Source of the DNA: Sphyrna mokarran
Lineage: Eukaryota
NCBI GenBank assembly: GCA_024679065.1
Contig: JAGIQG010000001.1
Span: 151,590,001 to 151,654,000 of the forward strand
Length of the DNA stretch: 64,000 nt
Direction: 5' to 3'
In this document: piece by piece, positions 13,541 through 26,351 of the stretch
How positions within the stretch are numbered: position 1 is the stretch's first letter
Layout of the letters: the number at the start of each line of letters is the position of its first letter
Translations under genes and position numbers: made by a program
Notes under the pieces: model-generated
What the model saw: only the letters and a program-made list of their open reading frames with translations
What the model was told of the DNA's origin: nothing
Database searches by the model: none

Positions 13541-14305
13541 TTAGAAGAAAATCTGGCAAACAGGAAGTTTATTCAAATCAGAAACAGAGATAGTAGAAAT
13601 AAAAAGGCATTCTAATGGCCACACAACAGTCAGTGTTAAGACTATTCTGATCCTGTGGCTTAATACTTTGACGGTACATCTTATTTTTTGCCCTTGGGTG
13701 TGCTCTGATTATGGTTTTTCCAGACATGTCAAGTATGTGAGCATACAAATTAGGAATAGGAATAGATTATTTGGCCCACGACCCTATTCCGGCATTCAAT
13801 AACATCATGGCTGATTTGGTTGTGTTCTCCACTTTCCTTACTACCTCCTATATTCTTTGACTTCATTGTGGACAAGCATATAAATTAGGAGTAAGAATGT
13901 CCTTTAAGAATAAACAATAATGGCTTCATTAACTTTTTGGCATGCTAATGCATTGTCAAAATAATAGAAAATATGCGCAAAGAGAAATTAATTTCAGAAA
14001 CTATTTTGAGGGTGCTAATTCAGAAGAGGTAGTTTATTATGTTAGTACAAAGAGAACCTTTAAATTAGGGACAATTAAGATCCATTTTTGTCATCAGACA
14101 GTGACATCTGGCATGGGATTGATCGACCTACAATTGTAGATCCTTTTATATTAATTACTTGTGCCAGTGATATTCCAGATTTGCTGATTTATTGGAATTC
14201 TGGAATTACAAATACTGAAAAACCTTTTTCCACTTTTTTTTCAACTGAGATACATTGTGTTATGATTATTGTAGAATTTATTTGTGATTATCTTTCATTC
14301 TTTAG

Positions 14306-14388
14306 AATTCACGCGAATCTGCATGTCTTGGAAGACTGAAACTTGGCTATGGTTGAGGATATTCATAACCGACATGATTGTATACCAG
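14306..14388 (+). CDS. INTS10: INTS10 coding exon
   Basis: ttctttAG and GTaagt. Translates [28 protein letters not shown]. Confidence 0.95.
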
Positions 14389-15449
14389 GTAAGTTACTTC
14401 AGGTCACACTGACTATGGAAGGACAGAAAGATCTTTTGCTGCAGTTATATTTGCTTAGCCTTATTAACTAAATGCTTATTCTGAATTTATTGATTGAAGT
14501 TATCCTTACAATAACATTTCTTATCGTGTGTCTCTCAGCTTGCGACTTTGAATCTCTTCTTGGTTAAGTACTTCAGTAAGTGTTTTTTCCCTATTTTATT
14601 ATTTTCTACTTTCCCATTTGTATTTCAACAAACATGTACACAATCACATTCAAACAAAAATTCTCCAATATCCAGCTGCTATAAAAATTCCTCATCTACC
14701 CCACTGTACACATCCCTAAAAAATAGGTTTTGCTTAACAGGATTCTCAGATTTGTTATTAAGCTTGGATTTTCCAATGTAATCTGTCCCCCACAGTCCAC
14801 TTAGTGTCTGAGTATCCTCTTTTTAAATAAATTCGATCACGTATCTTCCCCATTCCTAGTTGCCTGAAGGCATTGTCAACCATGTAGTTTGGAACTGTAG
14901 TTACATGGTGGTAGTTTCCTTCCTTGGGGACATTAGTAAACCAGTTAGGTTTTTTATAAAAATCTGGCAGGTTTTATGTACATTTTATCTGGTCATATTT
15001 TGACTTGTCACATTGGGAAATTTCTCAGTGTATCCCTGGTTCCTAGTACAGTGCCATTCTCCCAAGGTGAAATCTGCTTCCTTCCCCTTCTCATGCAGTT
15101 ATTTTCTATGAAGTTGATTCCTATGTTTGGATGCTAATGCAATATACTGAGTGTAATAAAGAAAATGTATTGTGTAAAATCTATCTCTGACCCAAAAAAA
15201 AATCAATTTTCCAGAAGGCAGTGATTACCACTGTAACTCAGTCAGACGGCAAATGCCATATTCATTCTCTCAAAACATTTTGTATACATCAATCTGAAAT
15301 ATTTTAGTTGGATTAAGTTTGAACTTCATTTTTGATATAATCCATGCTTCTTTTAGATATAAATCATTTGGCATTTCAGTGGTATCCTTTGTTGGTATCA
15401 ATGCATCGTGCCGTGATGTAGTTCTGCACATGGCAATATAGTAGTTTGG

Positions 15450-15850
15450 AGTATTGCTGCAAAAAGAGATGTTGAATTTTGTACCTTGCATCATCAGGGC
15501 ACTTCACAAGAATGCTGATTAGTTGGCAAGTGGACTCTGGTAGAGGCATTGCCATGGAAAATGCATTAGTTGACAGTGACTGACAGATAATTGCCAAGCA
15601 TTGTTAGAAATTTAAACCAAGCAGCTTGACCTTGATTGGTCAAGATATTGCCTGGGGGGAATGAATCAGCAAATGGCTATCACTTATTTTGTTTGGCTGA
15701 AATAGATGCAATGTGTTCTTTCTGTTTGCAAAGAGTAAGATCTTGTGTATTAATATATATGCCTCAGTACACATACGCACTGTACTGCAAGCCCAATTTA
15801 CAATCTTAAACTCTTAGCAAATGTTGTCCAGTCATTATGGAATAACATCT
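15450..15850 (-). mobile_element. Decayed repeat, probably a third Penelope-derived family (related copy at about 52780-52950)
   Basis: Shared TGCTGATT(A/G)GTT(G/A)GCAAGTG(G/T)ACTCTG block in both copies; minus-strand CTGATGA near 15490-15496. Confidence 0.5.
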
Positions 15851-16992
15851 AATATTTTGTTTTCTTAACTTACTGTTTTGAGTTTTGTAAGCATTGACTG
15901 GTTGGGTATAGCCTCTACCTTGCCCATTGTGAACAACAGCTGGGACATACTGTTTGATATGATCTGCCAGTCTTGAGATTCACAGTCTGCATAGCTAGCA
16001 TCACAGTAGCATTGCATTTATATACCAGATTACTCATTTGTGTGATGGGCAGAACGTTTTTTGGCTTTTCGGCAGTATCCTATTAGGCAATACCATTTGT
16101 GTTGCATTGTAGCAGTCTGAAACAATTAACTTCTCTTGTTGCTCAAATTTTTGACATACCTTACTCTTCCAAGATAATCTGAGGCAGATTGGGCATTTTT
16201 CAGGAACAAAAGTGAGGACATTAGTCTTGTTCATGAATTTGCATGTTACTTACCACAAAATGATCTGATCAATATATCCATTATCAAGAAGAATGTCTTT
16301 GATGTGCTCTGTTTTAGCATCAGGCTTGCATGGTGAGCAAATGGCCCAAACCCTTTATACAAGATTGATGAAAGCACTAATCTTATAGTGTATGAAACTA
16401 TGAGAATCTCAATGCTTTTTTTGACAAGTGAAGGTAGACTTGCAGTAGACTGTGGTAGAGAAACCCCTGATAGATTATTCAATTAATACATCAAGGAAAA
16501 GAAGTTAATTTGACAGTTCCATTTCAAATGTGATCTTGAGCACAGGACATTAAAACATACAAGGAAATAATGTGCAGCTGCAGATTTAAATATAACAAAT
16601 GTATGATCCACATTTTGGAAAAATGCAAGTGGCAGGGGGTTGGGTATCATTCCATCAAAAACATGTTTCTCATGGAACCCAACAAACTTTGACGTGTCAG
16701 TTTTTTTTCAGCAAAACACATGATATTGTCTTCTGTGCTGCTGAGGGGAGAGGAGGAATGATGGATAAAAACTAAATTTGACATCATATTAGTTATCAGA
16801 AGTTGCAGTTTTTATGATCTATTCAAATGTTAGTTTGCTGATTAAGAGAAAGCAGGATTATTGAATTGGTTTAAAAATAGGCCATAAATTTTTGACTTTT
16901 TTATTATGTATGATGGGATTATATAAATACCATAAGTGATTTATTTCCTTTTTTTATTGCCTTAGTATGTAATTGAATTTTTTTCTTTGAAG

Positions 16993-17139
16993 GGCCAGTA
17001 CAGAAAAGCAATAAACAGTCTTCATCAGTTAGGTGCTCTTCAAGGAGCCCAGCAACATGTCATGAATCAAGGTACACTCGAACAACAGAGAGCATTAATT
17101 CAAATGGCTGCCTGTCACTTTGCATTAGGAGAATATAGA
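16993..17139 (+). CDS. INTS10: INTS10 coding exon
   Basis: ttctttgaAG and GTaagt. Translates GQYRKAINSLHQLGALQGAQQHVMNQGTLEQQRALIQMAACHFALGEYR. Confidence 0.95.
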
Positions 17140-18047
17140 GTAAGTACACAATGGTAACACATTCTGAGCACTTGAAAATTGACTTTTGCCTGTCCACTTT
17201 ACAAACTTCAAACCTTCTATTGCATAATTGATCATTTTTGATAAGATATGGGAAATCTTGATAATCTGTTTGAAAACTTGGTTGCACATTTTTAATTTGC
17301 ATATTATTCATCAAAAGGGACAGTGGAGTTTTTGGATTTAAATGACCTTCTGGGTTAATGGTGTGGTGGGTTGCTGGAATTCAGCTGAGAGTTTTTCATG
17401 CAGTTAGATTCTAATTTAAGTAGTGGACACAATGTGAAAATGAAATGCTATTCCTTCAAAGATCGAAAGACAGCATAAAACTATTGCTGTTCTGTAACTT
17501 CCTTCTGTAAAGTAGGATGATTGTAAATGAGTAATGAGCTGGTTGCTATCACTGCTGTTGAATGAAACTAAGTTGGCTGCTCCTTTTATGGACATTGTAA
17601 AAGTTAAATGAAAAAATTATAATACATGAGGATTTGTTAAATGAGGAATCTTCTGCTGACCACAGTCTTTCAGATAAATTGCACTATCTGATTCATACAT
17701 GAACATTTTTTCTTTTTAAAACAAGTATTTAAATTTACTTCTGCCATTAATGATTGGGAAGGCCACTAAAACCATAAAAATGAGTTGGGAAGACTACAAA
17801 ACAAATCATAAAATTGAGTTCAATTGGATATATCTCTGAAAATGAGAAGTATGATGAGAAAAAGTAGACTAGTTTGATCTGTCAAAAATGGAATAGTTTA
17901 TCCAGATTTTCTAGCCTTCGATGTTTTTCTGAAGTCCCAATAGTATTTAAGCTCATAAATTGAGTATATGACTGTCATTTATTTTTTCACCATTGACAGT
18001 GTAATGAAGTCAATTGTGAATCTGACCTCCTTGTTTTCTTTCTATAG

Positions 18048-18156
18048 ATGACATGTGATAAAGTGTTGGATGTTATGTGCAGTATCATTCCATGTACACA
18101 AGATGTAGTGAAATTGCAGGAGGAAACTCCAAAAGTGAAACCTAGATTTAGGAAAG
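18048..18156 (+). CDS. INTS10: INTS10 coding exon
   Basis: ttctatAG and GTatgg. Translates MTCDKVLDVMCSIIPCTQDVVKLQEETPKVKPRFRK. Confidence 0.94.
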
Positions 18157-18469
18157 GTATGGTCTACAGTGAAATATTCAGATAGGTGTTATTTGAGGTT
18201 TATGAAGATGATCTGATTTGGCTATGCCTGCTTTCCTTCTACACTAATCACACAATGTAATTATATGTTGCTTCATTGGAACGCTTTGATCCAAGTATAT
18301 CTCTACAGTGTCACAGGAGCCTGTTTCCCTGTTCAATATGGGTGAAATATATTAGAATGAGGTGCACGATTCGTTTGACTCAATAATAAGTATTTGTGAT
18401 TTATATTTTCCAACTTCCTTTTGCATTGTATGATATAGTTTAGAGTGCAATTGAATAATTTCTAGTAAA

Positions 18470-18575
18470 GTAAAACAATGCCGATATTGGAACTCTGAAC
18501 TAAAGACAGAAAGTGCTGGAAGTATTCAGCACCCTTTGAGAGAGAAAAACAAAGTTAAAGTTTCAGATTGATTAA
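18470..18575 (-). mobile_element. Decayed Penelope-derived pseudo-LTR, family A
   Basis: GAAAGTGCTGGAAGTATTCAGCA...GAGAGAAAAACAAAGTTAA, the reverse complement of the family A tail. Confidence 0.5.
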
Positions 18576-19331
18576 CCTCATTTATAAGCTTAGAAAAGTC
18601 CGTGAAAGAGATGTCTTTTTGTTTTCACACATGAAATATCATTGGGACAAGTGGATTCTTGCCATCTGTTCCAAATCAAATCTAAATATTCAAATTGTCT
18701 ATGCCCTCTAAAACCTTAGAACTTCTACTAACAATGCTGATGCTGTTAGGATTTTGTGTTTTTTTTGGTCAATAGAATTTTGGTGATCATAATGGAAGAC
18801 ATTAAAATAATTGATATTTCACCATGAGTTCTGTTCCTATACTTGCATAAAGATATTGACACAAATTTCCTTGTACGGTGGAGCAAGTTAGAGCCCTGTA
18901 TTTTTGTGATAATTATGAGAGCACTAACCCAAAGATATAGATTGCTTAACCACATGTTGCTCAGTTCCTGAACTTGCAGCGTTATTGAGGAAACAACCAA
19001 TACTGCTTCTGAACTGCATTTGAGTCTTTGATTAATAGCAGCATAGTGGAGGTCTAGGAAATGGTTGCCCTCCAAGCATCTTAACTGAGTTTTATTTGTT
19101 GCCATTCAAAAGCAGGAAAGGAAAAAGCATGAGATTATTCCTGTATGCATTTTTTTAAAATTCTAATTAAGTATATTATCATTTGTATTAATTCCTGACA
19201 AGTGTTATATGTGGCCTAATTTAACATGCGCAGTAAATCTGAATTTATAGAAATTATAATTCTGCTTAATTTCTTAAAAGATTCAGTTGTAATGGTGTCA
19301 ATTTCAGTTTTTTTACCCCTTTTACTTCCAG

Positions 19332-19411
19332 CTTTAGACCTTAAACTGTTGCCCTGTACAAGCAAAGCTATGATGCCATACTGCCTTCAGTTAATGTTGG
19401 CCTGTTTTAAG
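19332..19411 (+). CDS. INTS10: INTS10 coding exon
   Basis: acttccAG and GTaagt. Translates [27 protein letters not shown]. Confidence 0.95.
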
Positions 19412-20034
19412 GTAAGTTGATTGACTGAATCTCTTTGTTAACATTAGTAAATTACAGTATTTATAATGGAAAATTTGAGTCAGTTCTGGTAAACACAAAA
19501 AATCTGAAGTGCAATAGATTTTTCCTCTTCTTTTCTTGAAGGCTGAATCTTACTGACTTTATTCACCTAGAGCATGGCTAACAAGTTTGATGGTTAACTA
19601 TAAAAAGAAGGAAAGGAGTATAGTATAGTAGCTTTCAGGAGCTCTGTATTCCCTATTGCATTTATGTATTCAGTTAAGAGTCATTATTATAATCATGATC
19701 AAGACCATATTCCCACTTCCCTGCCCCTCCATCATCCTCAAGTACTGAAACTAATGGCAAAGTTTCATTTGCTGTTTGGTTGAGTATGTTGACATAGCAT
19801 AAACTGGAAGTCAAAACTGAGTATCTGGATCAATTGGCTGTGCATTCATCCAGTAGGCAATTGGGGAAGATTTTATTTACCATTATCTGGATTATTAGCC
19901 CTTTTTTCCCACCTAACTGTAGGTTAGAGGAAAAATAGGTGGGCAACTGATTGCTGAAAGTATGCACTTTAGTGCTGGCTATGTTTCTATTTACTAAGGA
20001 TTTATCTGGCCTTTTATTGGTGTTTCATCCAATC

Positions 20035-20578
20035 CACAGAATTCCTACAGTGCAGAAGAAGCCATCAAGTCTACACTGACTCTGTCAGAGTATCTTACTA
20101 AGGTCTGCACCCTGCCCTGTCCTCGTAACCCCAAACATTTACCTGTTAAGCCTCCTAATCTACACATCTTGGGACACTAAGGGATAATTTAGCATAGCCA
20201 GTTCACCTAACCTGCACGTATTTGGACTGTGGGAGAAAACAGGAACATCGGGATGAAACCCATGCAGATGTAATTTGATTTGATTTATTATTGTCATGTA
20301 TATTAATACACAGTGAATAATATTTTTTACGCGATATACAGGTAAAGCAAACTGTTCATAGAAAAGAAAATAAGAGAGTTGTCTGTAGTGTTACAGTCAT
20401 AGCTAGGGTGTAAAGAAAGATCAGCTTAATGCAAGGTAAGGCCATTCAAAAGTCTGAGAGCCGGGAAGAAGCTGTTTTTGAGTCAGACTCAGAGTGTGCA
20501 AATTCCACACAGTCACCCTAAGCCAGACTCAAACCAAAATGAAGCAGCAGTGCTAACCATTGTGTCACCATGTCGCCG
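20035..20578 (-). mobile_element. HE1-like SINE interrupted by a Rex1 tail
   Basis: Same family motifs as 13215-13540, split at about 20270-20485. Confidence 0.75.
20275..20482 (-). mobile_element. 3' end of the same Rex1-like LINE family, nested in a SINE
   Basis: Reverse complement matches the tail at 11870-12077. Confidence 0.75.
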
Positions 20579-22657
20579 TTTGTTCAGAGGTTGTTGCATG
20601 GGGAATTATGGACACAAAACATACTGGGTAATAAATTGGGCACACTGGCCTTTTGGGCACCACGAAATACCCTTAGAGCTCCATATGATATCCAAGGCAT
20701 GGCAACACACTTGAGCGAATCATACCCAATATCACATTGACACAGATGTTACTACACACAATGAACATTTGCTGCAGGTATGCAGCAAGTAGATTGTGAC
20801 GTTTCTGATGCCATTTTGGAGATTGATGCTCCAGCCTTTTAACCTCTCACAGCTGAGCACACATTCAGCAATAGAAAGGGCACTTTATTAGCGCTTTTCA
20901 GGGGATGATCAGTTGCATATAGGTTAGTTGATGATTATTGCTCTAATTCCATTAGTGATGCTTTCTATAGTTGTTTCAAGTGCAAAAGTGTCCAGGAAGT
21001 CATTTAAGCACTTTTTTGTTACTTCAAAGCTTTTGCACAAACTTGGTGCTGCCAGAGATGGATCACTTGCAGGCATATGCCTTTGAATGCAGTGTGACTT
21101 GGAGAGTCAGCAGACTGTGCAGAGCAGGCCAGGTTACTGAAACAGAGAGGAGGGGAAAAAAGGTGATGAATTTTAATCCATTTGACTTTTACAATATCCT
21201 ACAGCTTGCTGTCCACTGTTACTTGAACAAGGCCACAAAGGTTACTACATTTCATTCTCCAAAGGGGCAGGCAGAGAGTGAGGAGGAGCACATAACTTTG
21301 TGAGGATTGCAGTTTCTCTATGGTTCCTTGTATATTTGAAAGAAAAAAGACACAAACAATGTTGTGATGTGGAGTAAAGTAAGCAATACTTCCAGTATCT
21401 GCACTTGTAAATCAGAAGAATGCATAAATTAAGAGGGAAGTGGGATTTGAGAGAAAAAAAGATTGAGTATGAGGCTGCCATTTTTGATGATTTCAGCTTA
21501 CCACTGGCCATGGCCTCAGCAATGGCTATCTCAATGACCTGAGGCCATCTTATACAGTACTGGCCTCAACAGCAACAATTAACTGCAGTCAGTCAACTGC
21601 CAACCATGTTGTCCTGCCAGAGAGAGGCATGAGAGTCAGTAAGACTTGGACATTTTATGTGGATGAAAAGGCTGTCATGGTTGAATAGTTGACAGTGTGT
21701 CTGTAATCTGTGAGCCGTGGATTTGAGGCGTGCAGTAGTGTCAAGTGGATAAAGTGAAACCTAATTGTTTGAGATTGTTGATAGGTAAATGGAATGTGTG
21801 GAGGATCAAACAGTAGCTGAGGTTATGGTATTGGTTATGATGTTTGAAGATTTCACAGCCAGAGGAAAGTTTTTTTTTCTCAGCATCTACCTTGCCAAGC
21901 TCTTAAGACTTTTAACTAGTATATTTTATGTAGCATATATTTTACCTTTCCATCTTTCAGAACAGGTATTAAGTAAAAAATCCCATCCAATTGCTAGATG
22001 AAACAGAAGTTTCTAAGGCCTTTTTGAAAAACAAACAGTTTTTTTCAGTAGCTTGGCCAATGTTTCATCTGCTATAAACAATGCAACCAAAAAGACCAAC
22101 TGGCTGTTTGTCATTTGCTAATTCTGGGAACTTGCTGTATGCAATTTGTTGCTCGATTTACCTACGTAGGAGTGAATTTACTTCAAAAATAACAAGCTAT
22201 AAATTATTTTAGGGCATGCTGAAGATGTGATGAGGAGATATGTGCATACAAGTTTGTTTATATGGTTTGGCAAATGTTCAATTTTGGTATGCGAGGTCCT
22301 ACATTTGCAAGTAAATAGAAAGTGAGTGTAATGCCTCTTGGAATAGAGCTTGCCAGTGAGGAGCCTCTGAAAGAGATGTAAGGATGACAAGTAATCCCTC
22401 CTGAATTATTAGTAAACAATACCAAACAGTAATAAATAATTCAAATGAAGTGTGGGTTAAAATAACAAATCCGTCATCTGGGGATCAATTATTGCGCTGG
22501 GGATACACATTTGTGCACCAACACTTCGTGTCGTCTCATCATCATTTACATTTTTTTCAGTTGTTCATTGACAGAATAAAACCAAAGCACTGAAAAATAA
22601 TTCTGCAATTTCTTGTTTCCTTCAGAGAGATTTAACAAATAACTTTGCTTTTTGTAG

Positions 22658-22820
22658 TTGAGAGCCTTTACAGACATACGAGATGATCTAGCTTTAGGTC
22701 ATGTGATTGTACTGCTCCAGCTGGACTGGCCTCGTGGAGAGAACCTGTTTCTCAAAGCAGTTGATAAAATCTGTCAGCAAGGATCATTTCAATATGAAAA
22801 CTTCTTCAATTATGTCACGA
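22658..22820 (+). CDS. INTS10: INTS10 coding exon followed by a U12-type donor
   Basis: ttttgtAG acceptor. Translates [54 protein letters not shown]. Donor is GTATCCTTT. Confidence 0.95.
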
Positions 22821-24275
22821 GTATCCTTTTACTGTTTTATTGTTTGCTCGGAACGTCTAAAATGCCGTCCTGTTTATTAATCACCTTTTATCTGTGAGTT
22901 TGATGTCAGAAGGCAATGGATTCAACTTCTATTCCTAAGACTTCACTTTGTTGCACTACTGAGAAACTGCTGTATTGGTGGAAGGGCCATTTTTGAATTG
23001 GGATGCTAAATTCAGGTCCTGTCTGGTCAGTCAGGTAGGTATAAAGAATGTGCCTGCACTGTGAAGAACAGATGATTTCTAATCATGTGTTGGCCAACAT
23101 TACTCCACACCAGCAGAATTGATGAATTTGTCTTTCAATTTATTTCTGCCAGTGTAATCTGACTGCACAAATTAACTGGTAGCTTCTACACTCATGATAG
23201 TGCTTAAACTTAATTAGTTGAAAAGCATTTGGAGCTTCGTATCTATCTGTTATTTTCAGCTGTTGTGTTTGGAAATCAGGAGCTCAAAAGATTAGAAACC
23301 AAAGTGTGTATCACCTCTAGATTTAGTATCAAATGAAGTGTGTAAGAATATTTGGAGGTCAATGACACTTGTGTTAATGAATTTCTGTTATTCTGTTGTT
23401 ATAGCATTTGTTTCTACTATGAGAAAAAGCATTTAATTGGATATTGCACTGTAGTATCTGTGCATCCCCCTGGCTGTGCACATGTCTAATTCTTTAACTT
23501 GAAACAAACTTTCTTGCCTTATTTGATTAGGTAGTTAAGGGAGCTCTGGTGCCACTGAAATCATTCCAGTTTGAATATGACTTCAGTGTTGATTGTGCTG
23601 CAATTTGTATTTTCAACAGATTCAACAGAAAGTCAGATCTCATATCGTGAACTTTAGGTGAAACACACACCAAGAATGGAAAAGAAAAATACTGAATTGT
23701 GCACTCATTTGGCTCCAACATGTTACTGAAGTCTGTGATAGAACATGCATAGTTACAATGCAGTGCTGGGCCCATGTGCAGTAACCACATAAGTGAAAAT
23801 GGAAGCAGCAGTATCCAAGTGTATTCTTTTCACATTGCATTAAAATGAAAATGCATTATTAGAACGCTCTTAAAATGGAATATCTCTGTACTGAAGTAAC
23901 ATTTTGTAATTTAATATAACTTTTAGCAATTAGAGTGCATGAGTAAAAAGGGGTAGAAAAATATGCTGTAAAGCTAAGGTGATTAGGGATGAAATAGAAG
24001 GAGATTCATGTGGAGCATAAATATCATTGCGGCTGAGTGACTTGCTTCTATATTGTATGTTCTCTGTAATTCTGTGTAATTTGTTTATACTTCAAGAGTT
24101 TACAAGACGTGATATTCTTGCATCTGAATTAATCAGATGAAATTGAATTCTGAATGTGCTCTCAGATTGGTGGTAGAAGAATACATTCTGCATCTTTTGT
24201 GAATTTATTAAAATGAACTAATGGAGTGTTATACTAAAATAACAATAGTCAACTTATCCTTAATCACATCTGTCG
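22821..24275 (+). other. Minor-spliceosome (U12-type) intron of INTS10, apparent GT-CG termini
   Basis: 5' splice site GTATCCTTTT at 22821-22830 matches the U12 consensus RTATCCTTT. Branch site TCCTTAAT at 24257-24264 (consensus TCCTTRAY) lies about 12 nt before the junction that restores the conserved YVT-N-IDMLEEF. No polypyrimidine tract. Confidence 0.85.
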
Positions 24276-24369
24276 ACATTGACATGTTGGAAGAATTTGC
24301 TTATCTCAGAACTACAGAAGGTGGTAAAATTCATCTAGAGCTCTTGCCAAATCAAGGTCTCCTGATAAA
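24276..24369 (+). CDS. INTS10: INTS10 coding exon (5' boundary non-canonical)
   Basis: Translates (N)[31 protein letters not shown]; donor GTgagt. Start inferred from homology and U12 branch-point spacing. Confidence 0.88.
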
Positions 24370-26351
24370 GTGAGTACTAAGCTTGTAAGATGATTATTGG
24401 CGCATACTGTGACTCATTGGAATTTTGCTGTTTGAGTAGCTCATGTTGCTCCTTGCTTTGTTACAGCATGTTGCAAGGAATATGTGTTGCAATTACTAAG
24501 GGAAAAAGATGCTGGAAAGAGTTAAATCTCTGAGAAGGCCAACAGTAGTTTGAAGTATCTTGGGAGATTAGTGAATAATTAACATTTCTTTTAAGCATTT
24601 AAGTTTTTCAGATTTTTGAATGTCCTTGGAACAGTTAGATTTTAAAGTTTCTTTTAAACATCAGTTAAATTTTTCTTTTGCTCAATTTAGTGATGGTTTT
24701 AAAATTTCTGAATGGTTAATTATGTTTATCCAGTGATTATTGTTACCATCCAGACCTGAAAAATCAAAGTTTTGTACTTCAAGTTTGTTGCAATGTACTT
24801 GGATTAGGGAGGGGACACTTGACCAAAGTTGTCAGTTGTGAACGCTATCCAGTACTTCCACTGAAAGTGTACACGTGGACACCAAATGAGTGTTAGATTA
24901 GATTTGATTGCGTTACTCCCTATTGTTGAGTAGACATCTGATGGTACTGATGCTCACAGGGGAATGAAATATTTTAGATGGGTTGCTTTTGTCAATGCAG
25001 TAATTATATTGACATACATCATTGTGAATGATGGGCTCCATTTGCTGGTGATGTTTGTGTACACCACACTGTTTTTCAGTGAAACCGCTATCAAATTAAA
25101 CTTGTTTAACCTTGGTTCAAAAGTTCATGCAGTTCCCTTGTTTTCATCAGATTCCCGACAGCAGTAATTAGCTGCCCTCTTATGCATCACAAAAGGCTGA
25201 TAAGTAAAAAGCATGCAAAGAGCAGGGTTATTTTCCTTCACAAACTCCAAAGTGTCTCTTTTCTTGTTAAAAGTGAAACTTTAATCATCTTGGTACAGGT
25301 ATACAAATATTTAGAACATACAATAAACCCACACTGTCTCTCTCTTGCACTGCTTTCTACACTATGGCCATACATCAAGGCTGTACACTGGATACAGTGT
25401 TGTTGGTTTTCAGTGCACATGTGGACCAGTGTGCAAGTGGCCATCACTGGTGTCAACTTACGTTGGAGGGAGATCAATTAGTACTACTTTTGCTGGGTTT
25501 CAGTAAGGCATCACATTTTTAAAATAGAAGGAAGTAAAAAGAGACAAAAAAAAGAAAAAACCCACTCCCTTTCTCATTATTGTCCCCACTGCCTCAGATA
25601 CTAACAACTGAGATAGAACTCTATTTAAATGCCATGGTATAGTACAATTGATTTGCGTGTGGATGTAATGCATGCGCGTGAGTGTGTATATTATAATAAT
25701 GATTACTGGAACCAAGAATTTTTGGAATTGCAGGTAAGGTCCAGTTTTCTCTTGATAACTAAATTATCTTTTCTTTTGAGAATTTCAGAGATAAACAACA
25801 CTTCAATAATTAACTTTCCTGCTGAGAAATTGTTTTAGTCAATGGGGAACTTGAGGAATTGTTCTTGTGTGAAAAATAATTGTTTTATTTAAAAACATCT
25901 TTCTGTTGTGGCCAGCTGTACTAACATACTGTTTCATTTTCACCTTTGGGCAGTTCAAGTAGCTAGCTGGACTGTATAAACTGAACAGCACTGTTTTTTT
26001 GAGAAATTAGATTTAATTTACATTTGTAATACACATGTCACTGATGTATTTTAACTGGCAAAGAAGCCAGGAGCTATGATTGAATTAATTGGAAATAATT
26101 TCCTCTCCTACCCTACAGAAAGATTTGGAATTTATATTGGACAGATCAAAGTAAAAAAAAAAATCTTGACCTGTTATACAAAATGGACACTCTAATGTAA
26201 AAAATGTTTTACAGTTCTATTCATCTGCTGAATCTGTAAATAACACATTTAGCTACTCTAGATGTTACAATTTCTCCCAAAAACGAGATATTTTCTGAAC
26301 TCTTGGATGAACATGAGGGAAAAAATGTTAAAAGGGGGTTAGAGTAGCTAA

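Noticed and set aside
21505-21550. Small inverted repeat ATGGCCTCAG...CTGAGGCCAT
   Set aside because: 10-bp arms in degenerate repeat-like sequence with no supporting features.
24247-24275. Canonical AG acceptor at 24247-24248 for the exon ending 24369
   Set aside because: It is in frame but has no pyrimidine tract, lies upstream of the U12 branch site and adds 9 non-conserved residues. Kept only as the alternative hypothesis.
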